From assembly GCA_012295275.1 (NCBI GenBank), contig CM022670.1, forward strand, positions 36,022,001 through 36,086,000: DNA of 64,000 bases. The letters run 5' to 3'. The stretch's first letter is position 1, and every line of letters begins with the position of its first letter. Both the position numbers and the translations under genes were made by a program. This document shows, piece after piece, positions 23,901-36,900 of the stretch. The notes beneath the pieces were generated by a model. It saw nothing but the letters and a program-made list of their open reading frames with translations, did no database searches and had not been told where the DNA came from. Origin of the DNA: Chrysomallon squamiferum (taxonomy: Eukaryota; Animalia; Mollusca).

Positions 23901-26374
23901 GAATGTTATCAGTAAGCATGAATTCATGTCTCTAATTACTAATGCTTGAATTTGTAATTTCTCTATTGTTGTATTTGAAGGTGGGAGAAATGATACTTGC
24001 CGACTTTTAAATTAAAAATGCAGTTTTATTTTGGTATATATATTATAACAAATGATAATAAAATTGACTCAAAATATATTGTATAGTGAACTGAAAAAAA
24101 AAAAAATTATATATAGAATTTTTTTTTTTTTTTTTTTTAAATGAAACAGAGAGTGGATATGGATTTGTTAAAATTCTTATTTATATTTCTTTATAATTAT
24201 AACTTGTTTTTACGACATTCCGAAAACTTGTAATCTTGTATTTCTTAAATCGCAGAACTCGCCAAGAAGAGGCCGCAGTCCAGTGCGTCCCCTGAGCCCT
24301 TACCCCCGGTCAAGGTCCCGCTCACTGAGTCCATTCCGTCGCAGCAGGTCACCGAGTCCCCGGAGGTCACTCAGCCCAGGTCGGTGGAGTTGAGCATGTC
24401 TGGTGATGGGATAACCTGTTTCACCGAGCAACATTGCCAGTTTTCTTTTCTTTATGTTGATTAATCTCAGTTATTTATTAGGTGTTGGTGTGTCTAACCA
24501 GTAACAAGTAGTAGAAATTTGGTTTCAGCTCAGTGTAAGTTGTTGCTTTTGAAAAAAAAAAAAAAGTTAACTGAAATGATTTTCTTTGGTGTTGGTTTCC
24601 AGTCACTATCTGTGTGATACAGTTATTCATTTTTAAAAGAAGGTTTTTGAGCTTTAGTAATTGTATAAACAAAGACAAAATTATTTTGAGCTTTAACCTT
24701 ATTTTAGATGAGTTTTATGTAAAAATTTTCTCAACTATAACAGTATGAGTGTGTGTTTTTATAAATATATTGACAGGCTTTATTTCTTATTCTTTTATGT
24801 AATTATCATAAAATTAAAAATTATTATAACATTATATATATATATATATATATATATATTACATTATTGAGAGACTACTACATTTCTATTTATTTTCAAA
24901 ATCAGGTAATTTAAATACAAGATTAATTTTGCCATGATGTTTAAGCCTTTTCTTGAAATTTGATGTCTGTCTCATTTGGTAAAATCCATATATTAGTTAT
25001 TTTTTATATTATATGATTTCGAGTTTCAGAATCTTTTGTAAGTGTTTCATTAATTGTTTTTGATGGAGTTAGCAACCAAACAGAGACCTCAGACTTGTTG
25101 ATATTTTTGTGCATATGTTTATCAAGGCATTGGAGGCTTATCACTAATCATTTTTAAAACACTGTTGTTGAATTTTTTATACCGTTCACTGTTAAACACT
25201 CACTGTTACATATAACTAATATGGGCCTTGTTGCATATCACCAATTGTTTTGTTTGAAACACTGTTCTTTGTTTCAGAGTACTAACAATATCTGAGTCTG
25301 GTGGACGGTCACCATAGTGACAGGCAGATAGTAATCTGAACTAAAGTAACCCTTCTCAAAGTCGACAAACAGTGAATTTTGATTGACTGCAAAGTCAAAT
25401 TGCTAATAGTGACATTACTAGAGTTTTTATTAGTATCATCGAGAACTGAGATTTATATATAAAAATACATATACATATTGAGAAATATTAAAGGACTTCT
25501 ACTAATCTAAAGTTTCATTGCAGTATTTTTTTTTTTTTTTTTTTTTTCAATTGTAATCTCTTTTGCCTTTCATGTGTGTATATATATATTTTTATTATTT
25601 TTTTTTTTTTTTTGATAATTTATTTATTTTCAAGAACTCCATTTTTCATTGGAGAACTGATCCGTCCAAAATTACTGTGATATTTTAATGTTTTAACTAG
25701 TTAGTTAGAATATGTACCAGACAATACAGAAAGTGATATATAATTAGCGAGATTCTTTCTATTTTTGTAAAGTGATTATTAAAACCAACATTATTAAAAA
25801 TAACACTATTTGTCAGAAAAATATTTTATATATTGAGCTTAATTTACTATCTTTTGAGATAAATTGTTTGTAAAATGATAGTCCAATGAACACCTTATTG
25901 AAAGCTTATTTGATCACCTAAACAAATTATTTCATTATTCATAAACACTCAAAAACAAATATAGGGGAAAATTAAAAGAGCTTGATAACAGATAAAAAAC
26001 CAAATATTATTTAGACACTTCTGACAAACTGGACAATGACAATCAAGAGATATTTACTTGGATTTTTCTTCTTTTTTTTTTCTTTGCACAACTAACAATG
26101 TAAATATCAAAATAATCACAATAATGTCAATTTTCAGCAACTACATTTGGCATCACTTTCTTTTGATGGTACTGTCAGTTTAGTGTATTTTATTTTTTTT
26201 TTTTATTTTTTTTTTTATAGTTAATAAAAATGTATTCATGTTTGTGGTGATATCTGTTTCTTAACTGCTTATTCTTTCCTAACTGCAGGAATTCACACTA
26301 CAACACGACGCTCTTTGACTCCAGTTTCCATCCTAAAACCTTCAAAAGTCTGTTCCAGCAGTGTCCTCCGTTAG
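10688..26374 (+). CDS. SPATA18: Mitochondria-eating protein (MIEAP/SPATA18) homolog, spliced; ~556 aa (stop 24393) or ~580 aa (stop 26374)
   Basis: Hand-spliced GT-AG exons with consistent phases: 10688-10774 ([29 protein letters not shown]), 17451-17556 ([29 protein letters not shown]), 18119-18353 (IKSRLLPWL), 18602-18697, 20386-20571, 21112-21258, 21689-21902 ([23 protein letters not shown]), 22398-22556, 22952-23127 ([12 protein letters not shown]), 23712-23838 ([30 protein letters not shown]), then 24256-24393 (RS/SP-rich tail) or 24256-24379 joined to 26289-26374. These match recalled human MIEAP motifs ([60 protein letters not shown]). Confidence 0.95.
15679..15765 (+). pseudogene. Degenerate 5S rRNA pseudogene or 5S-derived (SINE3-type) head in MIEAP intron 1
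   Basis: GTCCATGGCTATACCACATTG..TCCAGTCACTGAAGTCAAG..TTAGTACTTGCATGGGTAACCATCTAGGAACAC aligns colinearly, with two internal deletions, to animal 5S rRNA as recalled (GTCTACGGCCATACCAC..TCCGATCACCGAAGTTAAG..TTAGTACTTGGATGGGTGACCGCCTGGGAATAC). Confidence 0.75.
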
Positions 26375-27362
26375 ATGTGCTTAAATGTGCTTTGTGCTGG
26401 AATTCCAATTAACCTTTGTCACGCAGCTCAAATAAATTGTCCACAATATCTCTCCGCGATCAGTCCTTTTGCAAGCGTTTGACTTCTGAAGACAAGAAAT
26501 TGTCTGCTTGCCATGTATTGTCTGCTAACACAGCTTATTAACTGCTGCTAATAACAACTGTGTGTTTATTTATTCAAAACTGTGTATTGTTATTAGTATT
26601 TATTGTTTTTGTTTGATTTTCAAAATTAATGATTATTTCAGGTATTATTTGGAACTAATATTATTAAAGTTAATACCATAAATGAAATGAATTTCAAAAT
26701 GATCAAGAAACAAGAAAAAGATGGGGGAAAAAAAAAAACTTTTATCAATAATTGCATTAAAGAATACATTGTATCAAGGATCAAGAACAAATTATATTAA
26801 GGAATATGTGCACAATGCTGAGGAATAAACATTTTCATCAACTATCGTAGTAACTGTTTGTTTCTCTGAAGAAACATAACATCAGTGTAATCTACAAAGT
26901 GGCCAATCTAACTCACTTAAAGCTTGCATTGTTTTTAACATCAGTGTTTGCCATCTGTCCTAGCTGTGTTTGTCTCATTTTGTTGTTTTTATTCATCTAG
27001 TTTGCTAGTTTTATTTTATTATATTAAATGTTTTTGAATAATTTTAATATTTATTGAATGTGATATTTGTTACTTTTTGTCTTTTTACAATCAACATTCC
27101 ATCCACGAGTTACATTTTTTAATGTATGATGAATTTGATTTACTTTTTATCCATTTTATTAACTTAGTGTATCTTACGAAAAGTAGTTGGAGGTAAATAT
27201 GTTAATCTACCAATAAAAAAAAAAAATTATTTTATATTGTATGTGATATTTATATTTATATTATTATTACTATTTTGACTTAACTATAATCTGTTCTTAT
27301 CTTTTTTTGTAATAAAAAAAATTTGTATTATCCGTTTTAAGTCTTATCTCTTGTTTATTCAG

Positions 27363-27405
<43 letters not shown>

Positions 27406-30148
27406 CCATGTAAATGTATTTGAATTTGACAAATGTAAGATCAGTGATGGAAATGGCTTTTAGGAATTACAGGTAAACTAACGTCAATGGAACTGGGGTT
27501 GGGATAGAGTGTGATTACATACCATGAAGTCCCTCTTTGTAATCTGAAAATCAGTTTATTACTTGGGGCAAAGAGTTGAAAATGTATTGAAATATCTTTT
27601 ACATACCATAATTAAGGGCTCTTTGTAACAGTTTCTAATCCAAGATAATGATTTTATTTAGACTTTTGTAAGATAACAATAGGTGAGTAAAATAAGCAAT
27701 TACAGAAAAATAAAACAGTTTATTTTGATTGCTAAAAACTTGAAAAAGAGTAGCAAATGAATGTCACATTCTGTACTAGCACAGAAATTGGATATGAAAC
27801 TGAAACTAAAAAGAAAGGGAAACACCAAAATGCTGTCTGCCCTCTCCCACCACTGTGTAAGATACATTATTTATCATTTTGTTCATCAACTGTTTTGGAC
27901 CATATTCCCACTCTAGTCAGCATTCATTCCATCGAGGACTTTTAATCATTTTTGTGCCACTTAATATAACCTAAATTAAATGTTTAATGATGAGCTGAAA
28001 TATAAAACACTGTCAAAAATAAACAATATATTAAAAGTTGATTTGTCAAATATAACTAATGTAATGACGGTGATATTTTGGTTTTTCAAAAATTTCAGTT
28101 TTTAAATGCTCCGAGTAATATACAATGCACAGTCATACATAAAGAAATTAATATTAAAGGAAAATTTAACATCCTGCTTCAGGTGGTTCAGGACTGAGGA
28201 CAGAGGACTCCAAAGAAGACATTTGACCAGCCTGGAGAATGTACCTAGAGTAAAATATGTGTAAACATCTACACAATTAGTTATCTTTAACCAAATATTT
28301 TTAAGATGGAACAAAATTAATTCTACAAAAATATTATTGTTAATTGTGGTTATATAACAAATGAAGTTACTATATTTTCTTCAGAAGCATTAAATTAATG
28401 TTTTCTTCTTTTTTACCCCCATTACTAGTAACAGTAATGAAAACTGGGTAATACACAATGTTTTCTAGACTTCTTTCAAAGTAACAACAAAAGCATCTGA
28501 CAAAAAATATTGTTTTATTAACTACTACATATTATATACAATACATAATCCAAGGAAACACATTACATATATATACACACATGTATATTTTTCTTTGTTT
28601 TTGTGGGGTTTTTTAAAAAAAAAAATTAAAAAAAATGCATTATTAATTATAATGGAAAATTATATTTTTATTGTCTTTAACATAATACTGTTTATCACAG
28701 AACAAAATTTTGATACTTACCTGGCTGGACATTTATGCATAGAAACGGTGATTATACGTGAAAATGAAATAATGGATAAAAATATATGTAATGATAATGA
28801 TGTGGTTAATGGGTCAGATAAAATGCAGTTAATGAAATTGTTGACAGAACAAAAGCAATAAGGAGACTTGCACTTAACCTCAGACTGAGCATTTGAGAAA
28901 AGGGATACCTCTTTGTGACAGGTAGAATTTCAAGATGAGTTTAATAAGAAAAAATAAAAATAAAATAAAAAATAAAATAAAATAAATAAATAATAACAAC
29001 AACAATAATTTGAAAACAAATTATATTTTGGCAAGTTTTGTTTTTTTGCTGAATATGATAATGAGACATTAATTTTAAAAATCCTCCATTTAACTTTTGA
29101 GATGTATTATTTTCACAGTGAAATTAATTAATGACTGATACACAAATGTTATATCTAAACAAATCTACATGAACAAACAAAAGGTGATAAAGTTATATAC
29201 AAAATGTTTTAGAGTAAGTATGCTCAATTTCTGACTTAAACTTATGCTGACAGTATTTAAAATTAAAAAAATAATAATAAATAAAGTGTTATTAAGTTGT
29301 TCATTGTTATTAAATATAACGACTGTGGATTATGATTTTCTGGCACTGATGAACCTCAACATCTGTTATTTTGTTATTTAAACTCACTTTTTATTCCTCT
29401 GGGCTTGTAACACTTTGGTTATATCTTCTACTACATCTAAATTAACTCAGAATACAAATAATCTGACCAGATGACTTTGCATTTAATAAAAATATTTTTT
29501 GATACAATTTATAATGCTCCCCCTTTAGGTTTGTATTTAAAAAGAATAGAAATATATAAATAAATAACTATAGTATAAAATTGTTATAATGAATATGGAT
29601 GCAAGTTATTAGTCAAGTTTAAAAAATAATTATTCCTAAGGCAAAGTAGTACTGAAATCTAAACAGGCTTTTTTAAGATTACAAGTGTTGTCTTGATGTA
29701 TATGTATAAAATGAAATGAATACAACTTATCTTTTACTGTCACTGAATGGGTAACACTATACACTGTTTTAAAATGTTTTTTTGTCACATCTTTGTACAC
29801 TAAACAAATCGGTAATGAAAATATTGTCCAACTTTCACAAATGACATGCATTTCTTAAAATCAATTACAAACTTCCATGTAGCAACATTTACACACATTC
29901 ATTTCCCAGTATCAAAATGCTTTATCAATGAAATATATCAGCAGTTCATGAAATATTACATACAACACTTTGCCTAGTACTTTCAAAACCTGTGATATGA
30001 ATTAATGATGGTAAAAAAATAACATAATAATGATTAAAAAATTCTTTTCTTGAATTGGTATGTAAAAATGTCTTCTTTTTTTTTCTTCTTTTTTTTTTTC
30101 TCCACTGTGAATTATTTATTTTTTTTAGGCTTTTTTCATTAGTATTTA

Positions 30149-30179
<31 letters not shown>

Positions 30180-30636
30180 ACAAATTCATTAACTCGTTCA
30201 TTGCACAAATAGAAACATCATCACAGAATTATTTATTCATGGAATGGTTATCAAAATTTCATGTATAAATTCCCTTGAAGTAACATAAAATAATTCTCTG
30301 GAATTCTTCATTGTACAAAATTTCAAAATAATTCACCGTTTTTCATTTTATATTTCTGCTCAACAAATAATGACAAAACTTTAAAATATCGCTGTCACTT
30401 TCCTTTCATTAACCAGTCTCTCTGCAGTTTTCACCTTAATACAGCTTTAAAATTTTTCATTTATTTCCAATCAAGCACCAAATGTGAATTCTCTCAGATT
30501 AACTATGTAACAGTCAGTTGCAAATACAGTGGTCTGTCACATATACACATTTACGCTGGCTCTCTCCATTTGAATTAAGCAACATAGGTAAAGTCATTCT
30601 TCTGTAGGAGATTAAATATCTAAATCCTATTATGAG

Positions 30637-30887
30637 CTAAAAAGTCAACTCTAACAAATAGCTTCTTGTTAGCTCTTTTAACTCCTGTAAATTGTAATCT
30701 TCGGGCATAGGCAGGTTGCTGGTATGTGGAGCGAGTTGTCTGAAATTAGTTTTATAAATACTTTCATTACTTGAAAGGAAATACGTATTTCAGTTTCAGT
30801 TAAAAGTTTCATAATGGAAATAGGATTTAAAAAGAAAAACTTTTACAAATTTTCATTAAAATAAAAATGTATAATAATAATAATAAA

Positions 30888-30939
<52 letters not shown>

Positions 30940-33900
30940 GTAGACACACACACAAAGTCTAAAACAAAATATTTGTATCTTTATACTTTTTTTTTTATTT
31001 TTTTTTTTTTCTAATCTATATAATTCAACATTTAGGAAAACAATAAAAAATGAAAGAATATTATTAGTTTTATTTTAATCTCACCTTGTAAGAGGTCTGC
31101 CAGTGTGTGAAACAGGACTCTGAAGAGAAAGCAGAGTTCTCAGCAGATTGGCCGATTTCTTTGCCATTTCTGACTGACACAGTCTGTAAGCATAAAACAA
31201 AGTAGCACTTCAGATCAATAATCAAACTAAAGATGAACAAATTTCACTAAACAACTTTAAAAAAAAAAAAAAAATAAACTTAAAATAAGAAAAAATTAAG
31301 TCACTTTTTTGTTTACTTAGTAGCAGAGATGGCAAACCTATGCTAAAGACAGAAGAAACAAAAGAACAACGCAATATATTACATTCAAATAACAAAATAA
31401 CAACAATAGGGACTAATGCAACCCTACACCTCATATAAATGAAACTGTGGCAAGTATAATTTAAATTATGTTTTTATTTTTTATTTATTATTATTGTGGT
31501 TGTTGTCACTGATGTCACTGTAATTATTTTAATTCAAGTTATTCAAGACTGTTGTAAGGATGCTCTCATAGGCACTTTTTCTCTCCTGTGAGGCTGTTCA
31601 GTCGAACAATGTTTTCCATCTTGAAGTATCTTTTGATGTAATATTTAAAAAGTTATGTCAGATTATGTTTTAATTGTTTCTAACAATTCAGCTCGGGGCC
31701 CAGATTATTTTGAGAGTGTTGTTCCAGGTAAGCATTCCCATTTTAGACAGCTTATTCATTGCCAAATTTATGTAACATTACCTGTCTTTAGAGGTAGAGC
31801 ACTCCAGGTTTCCTACTCTGTTGCACAGTGAGGTCACACCTGACTGAAAACTCTCCAGATCGTAAGGACTAGGTTCACCCTGTAATTTAAAAAAATAAAA
31901 AAATAGAAAATAAAAAAAAAAAAAACCAAAACCTGATCTTAAATACAATGTTTTTAATTGTCTGGACAAGTCGACAGCAAACACATGAAATTATTATCAA
32001 ATCTATCCAAAGTCAATCCCGATCATAGAGAGAAAAAGATTTATGAATTTAAAATAACCAAACGAAATAAGTTTGCTTTTACTGTAAATACCTGTTTAAG
32101 TTCCTCTAGTTTCTGACACAAGATGATGTAGTCCAGGAAAACTTTTCCTCCAGTGTTCCAGTTTAACACTGAAGAACATCTTTCTAAAGGAGCTAGTTCT
32201 TCCAGGTATTTCCGTAAGTACCCATAATTTTCTGTATTAAAATAAATAACTAATTATATCCAACAATACCATTGTCTGTTAATAATTTGATAATTCAAGT
32301 ACAAATACAAAAGTAATTCAATTAAATATGCTTAAAATGAAGTTTTGATTATGAAGGGGTTACTCTTGTATCATGTAACATACTTAATGTATTAAACTAA
32401 ATTTCAATTTCTTGTCTGCATTTAAAACAAAATAAAAAGGCTACATATGCCACTGACAAATAAAAATGTTATACTTCCCATGCAAATATAAACATCAATG
32501 TCACATTTGCCTTTCATTATAAAATTACAATTTCTGATTTGTCATTCATAACAAAATATAGTTTTATATTTGCTAACTGCATCTTAATAAGGTGATTTTC
32601 ACCATTCACAATTAAATAATGATTTCATACTTACCACTACAACAAAATTTCAGATTGATATTTGCCATCTACATCTAAATTAGGTTATATCATCCATTTA
32701 TAACAAAATTATAACTTGACATTTGCTGTTTTTAACTAAAAAACTCTTATAATATTAGCTGGTTGTGACTGAAGACTGTTACCATTTACTATAGCATCTG
32801 CAGCAATGTGTTGAAGAATTACTCTGTGACTCTCATTCCACTGATTTGCTTTTAGAAGATGCCATGCCTCATCATGGTATCTGTTCTTTGAGCGAGCTTT
32901 CAAGGCCTGAAAAGAAACAATTATTTTTCAATAAAATTTAAACTGTTCAACAAAAGAACAGAATATAAACAGTGTCAATATATATATATATAAATTAATG
33001 CATCTAAAGATATGTATCAAATTACAAATTCCTTAGAAATACACCATTCTGAATTCCACAGCAGTTATAAAACAATGGAAGACTAAAAAAAAAAAAAAAA
33101 TAAAATAAAATAAAAGATGTGTAATTATTATTCAATCCAAGAAAATATTTTCTTTAACAATGGAATGGAGTCGACACTTTTTTAACCTCTGTTATAAGAA
33201 ACCCACTGCCACAATATTTTATTTTATTTTATTTTTATTTTATTTTTTTTTGAGGGATTAAGAAAAAATTATCTCTTGGAAGAGACATGGCTTTTATAAG
33301 CTGGCCGTGTGATATCGGCTGGATGAAGCAATAATTAAACAAATGAAAACCTTTGCAAAGTGAATCCATTCTGGTGGCACAGCTAGCTGTTCTTTGACAA
33401 AAACTTCTTTCTTGAGGTAATTTGTTTCGTACTTGCCAGTCTTCACATCAGGCAGACACACATGTCGCTCTAACAAATGACAGACTGCAGCTTTACGTCT
33501 ACAAAACAGTCAGCTTTATGACAGACTGCATTTACTGAATCAAATCTAACAAATGACAAAACAGTCAAAACCTTTATGTACACATTTAAGTTTATATCTT
33601 GATCTTTATCTACAAAACAGTCACCTTTATGTACACAAGTTTATATCTTGATCTTTAGTAAAAAGTCTAACTGATTACACCCACAACCATACTAATGCTA
33701 TTTATTATTATTATTTTTATTATTTATATTACAATGGAAATAATTAGTTTGAATCAAGACACAATTTATAATTAAATACATAGAAATAAGTTATATATAC
33801 AAAATTCAAATATTAAAAGATTGAATGCTGCTATGATCATGTCTATCTGCACTAAATAAAGTCAGCTATTTTCAGTTACCAATGTTAGGTTTTTTTGTAG

Positions 33901-36900
33901 TTAATATTCTTCTAATACCTGTCAGTGTCCTCAATGTGGAGAAGAACAAAGGCTGCCCATTCCCACATGCCAGTGGCTTCCAGCTGTGCAGCAAAGTTTG
34001 TGTGCAGACTGGCAGTATGGTATGGAGAAATATGGCTGAACTCCAATGACTGCATCACTTGCCAAAGATGCCAACTGAAATCACAGACACCAAAAATTCT
34101 ATTACTATTTTCCAAAATAACAGTAACAATGAAGACGATGATTCATTCAAGTAATTTGTAAAAAAAAAATCAACAAAAAAACATAGATTTTCCAGTGAAA
34201 ATTTCATAATAATAATCACCGGTCCACGAAATGAAATGGTGAGTTAATTTTATAATTTACTACACCAATCTAAATAAAAAGCATTTTTACTTTTTGAATC
34301 TTTTTTATTTTTAAAAACTCAAACTTTAATTTATACGTCCATCAAAACTATGTAATCGTAGAAATATTATTACATCTATACCTATGAACATTTTACATTT
34401 TGCTGTTATTAACATCTTCACTAACCTTAAGCGATAATCGAGGTGGTTGGCAGTGGAAGTTGTAGGATTCAGGAGACGTTCGAGTTGGTGATCTCTCTGA
34501 CTGTACAGTTTAAGTAAGTGGTAACACGTATCTAGAACAGCATGCTCCTCCTCTTCATCGTACATACAGTCTCCTTCTCCTTCCATGTATGGTGGAAAAG
34601 GAGGACTGCAGTATCTGCCATTAGGTGTTCGACCTCTGAATGCATCTTCATAGTAATTCAGTGCTTCAGGTATTATGGAATTGGGCTTGCTATAAAACCT
34701 TTGAAAACAAATTGAAAATTGTAAAAAAAAAAGAAAGAAAAAAAAAGAAAGAAACATTTAGGTTTGCTTTTCTATCAAATTTTAATCCGAACAAAAAAAA
34801 AAAAAAAAAAAGGAAGAATTAATGTTTAAAAAAACATCATCAGCATCTAACAAGTGAGTGCTTCAGGTATAATGGATTTAGGCTTGATTTAAAAAATTTC
34901 AAATTAAATTTTTTAAATCTAAATTTATGTATATGAAAACATTAGTGTATAAAAACACCTCAGCATCAAACTGGGTTAATGTCTGAGTGTATTAATGTGT
35001 TTTATGAAATAAGAAAACATTTGGAATCAGATTTCCTGTACATTTCTTTTTGAAGTAAAAGGCACATTATTCATAAGAATTGTTATCTTAGTCATCAATC
35101 TACTCTGAATTATTTTAAAGACGTAATCTGTAATTGTTTGAAATGCAGTAACACTACTACAAACAAAACTAAAACATATATTTAAGTTTCAGTATAAAAA
35201 TATATCCTAAACAATGTTAAGTAATAGTTTAACAAAAACTGAGAAATGTAGCCCCCAAATAATTATTCAGGAAGACTTATCCTATGGTAATTAAATTAAG
35301 AAATGCAGTAAGAAGACTTATTTTTACCATAAATGTAATGCAAAAGCTCGTTTCCAGTCCAAATCTTCACATGTGTTAACTGGCATATTTGAAACAAGCC
35401 ACACCAACTGACCTGACAACAAGGTGTAGATTTTCAGTCTCTCTTCACGTATGTACAGATTTGTCTGAAAACAAAACTCAAAACACTTATCAACAATGTC
35501 ACCAGAAGCTAACAAAACACAATTCTGAAAATTAACAAACACTAGTCACAAAAGAAACAAAGCATCAGTTTGGAAACGTCATTATATTCACTTTTTACCT
35601 GTATGTATAAATATTCTGACAAGAATGCATATGTAGCGAGACAAGGCTGCATAAATGTTAATTAATTACATATTTCCTTCTTTTTTTTAACATACAGACA
35701 TTTTTTCCTCTAAGTTATTACTTTTTTTGTTTTTCTTTCTTTTGAATACAACATTCTAAGCATATTTAAAGAAAAAAACAGTAATGATAACAAAAAATAC
35801 CACTGGAGAAGAATGACACAGAAATATATACTGACCTGCATCTCTGCCCAATCCTGTAACTGGTGTGACAGCATCTGACGAGGAATAACACTGCCAGCAG
35901 CCTGTGACAACAAAACGCTAATCTCTGGTCACCAGACTCCTGGGCAAGACTGCACGCTTCAGAAAAATTCTTTCCACTGAGGTAGCTGAACACAGCTAAC
36001 AAATGGCCTTGATTCTAAAAAAACAATTTTATATTTTTTTTATTATTATTATTTTATTTTTAAATGTTTACAACATTCCACTGAAGTCTGGTCTTTTCTT
36101 TCTAGAGAAGTAGCAGTTGTTTATGGAAGATCTGTAAACCAAATTCATTTAATACCCTGTTTGGAGAAGGTACTAGTGAATGCAGTGAATTTATTCTCTA
36201 ACTGGTATAATTATTTCATGACTGAAAAACTGTAAATTTTGTTTTGTTGTTTGCCATTATGCATTATATTTTTTGATAACTTCGTTTCTTCATAAATTAC
36301 ATTACAAACATATTTTTTTTTTGTATTTAACACCAACTTAAATTAAAATATTAACAAAACCATGGCTGAAGGCATTATTGCTATCAAACCTAATGAAATA
36401 TTTTTAGATATTTAGATTATTGTGAAGAGAGAAAAACAACAGCATAACAGCATCATCAGCAACAACAGTAATAATATTATCAACAGCAACACCACTAGTA
36501 ATATTATCAGTAACAACAGCAGTAATAGTAACATTATCAACAACAACAACCGCATTATAAAACTTACTCTGAACTGTGAATCCTGAACTTCTTGTTTGAT
36601 TTTACTGTCGGCTGCTGCTGAAAGCCAACTGGAAACCATTTCTCTTCTGGCTTGACACACCTCATATTCACTCATTTCTGAACAGATTAATCATTTATAT
36701 TCTTCTTTTAATTTCAACTTCTAAAATTATTTTTATTTTTTATATCCTTTTTATTAACATTTCAAAAATGAACAATTAGTCAAACAAATAAAAAAACAAA
36801 TGTATAAAACATTAACTGAACAGACTTGGAATTGTTTTTTCAATATGTATGTGAATCAAGTAGTTGAATCATACCTGATTCTCCAAACTCTGGCAGATTT

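Noticed and set aside
28713-28725. ATACTTACCTGGC, matching the 5' end of U1 snRNA
   Set aside because: Similarity stops after ~13 nt, with no U1 stem-loops or Sm site. It is simply the complement of a perfect minus-strand 5' splice site.
31500-31760. GC-richer patch in a NUP96 intron, possible extra exon or transposon fragment
   Set aside because: The minus-strand frames examined contain stops, no motif is recognisable, and the flanking exons already join in phase.
33294-33335. Intronic translation YHTASL identical to a hexapeptide in the Nup96 exon at 34074-33919
   Set aside because: The codons differ at most third positions, flanking similarity is absent and there are no exon boundaries. 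A 6-residue match is plausible by chance across all frames.
36412-36567. Poly-Leu, transmembrane-like extension of ORF 36412-36675
   Set aside because: Intronic trinucleotide-like low-complexity sequence after the donor at 36567. It is not coding.
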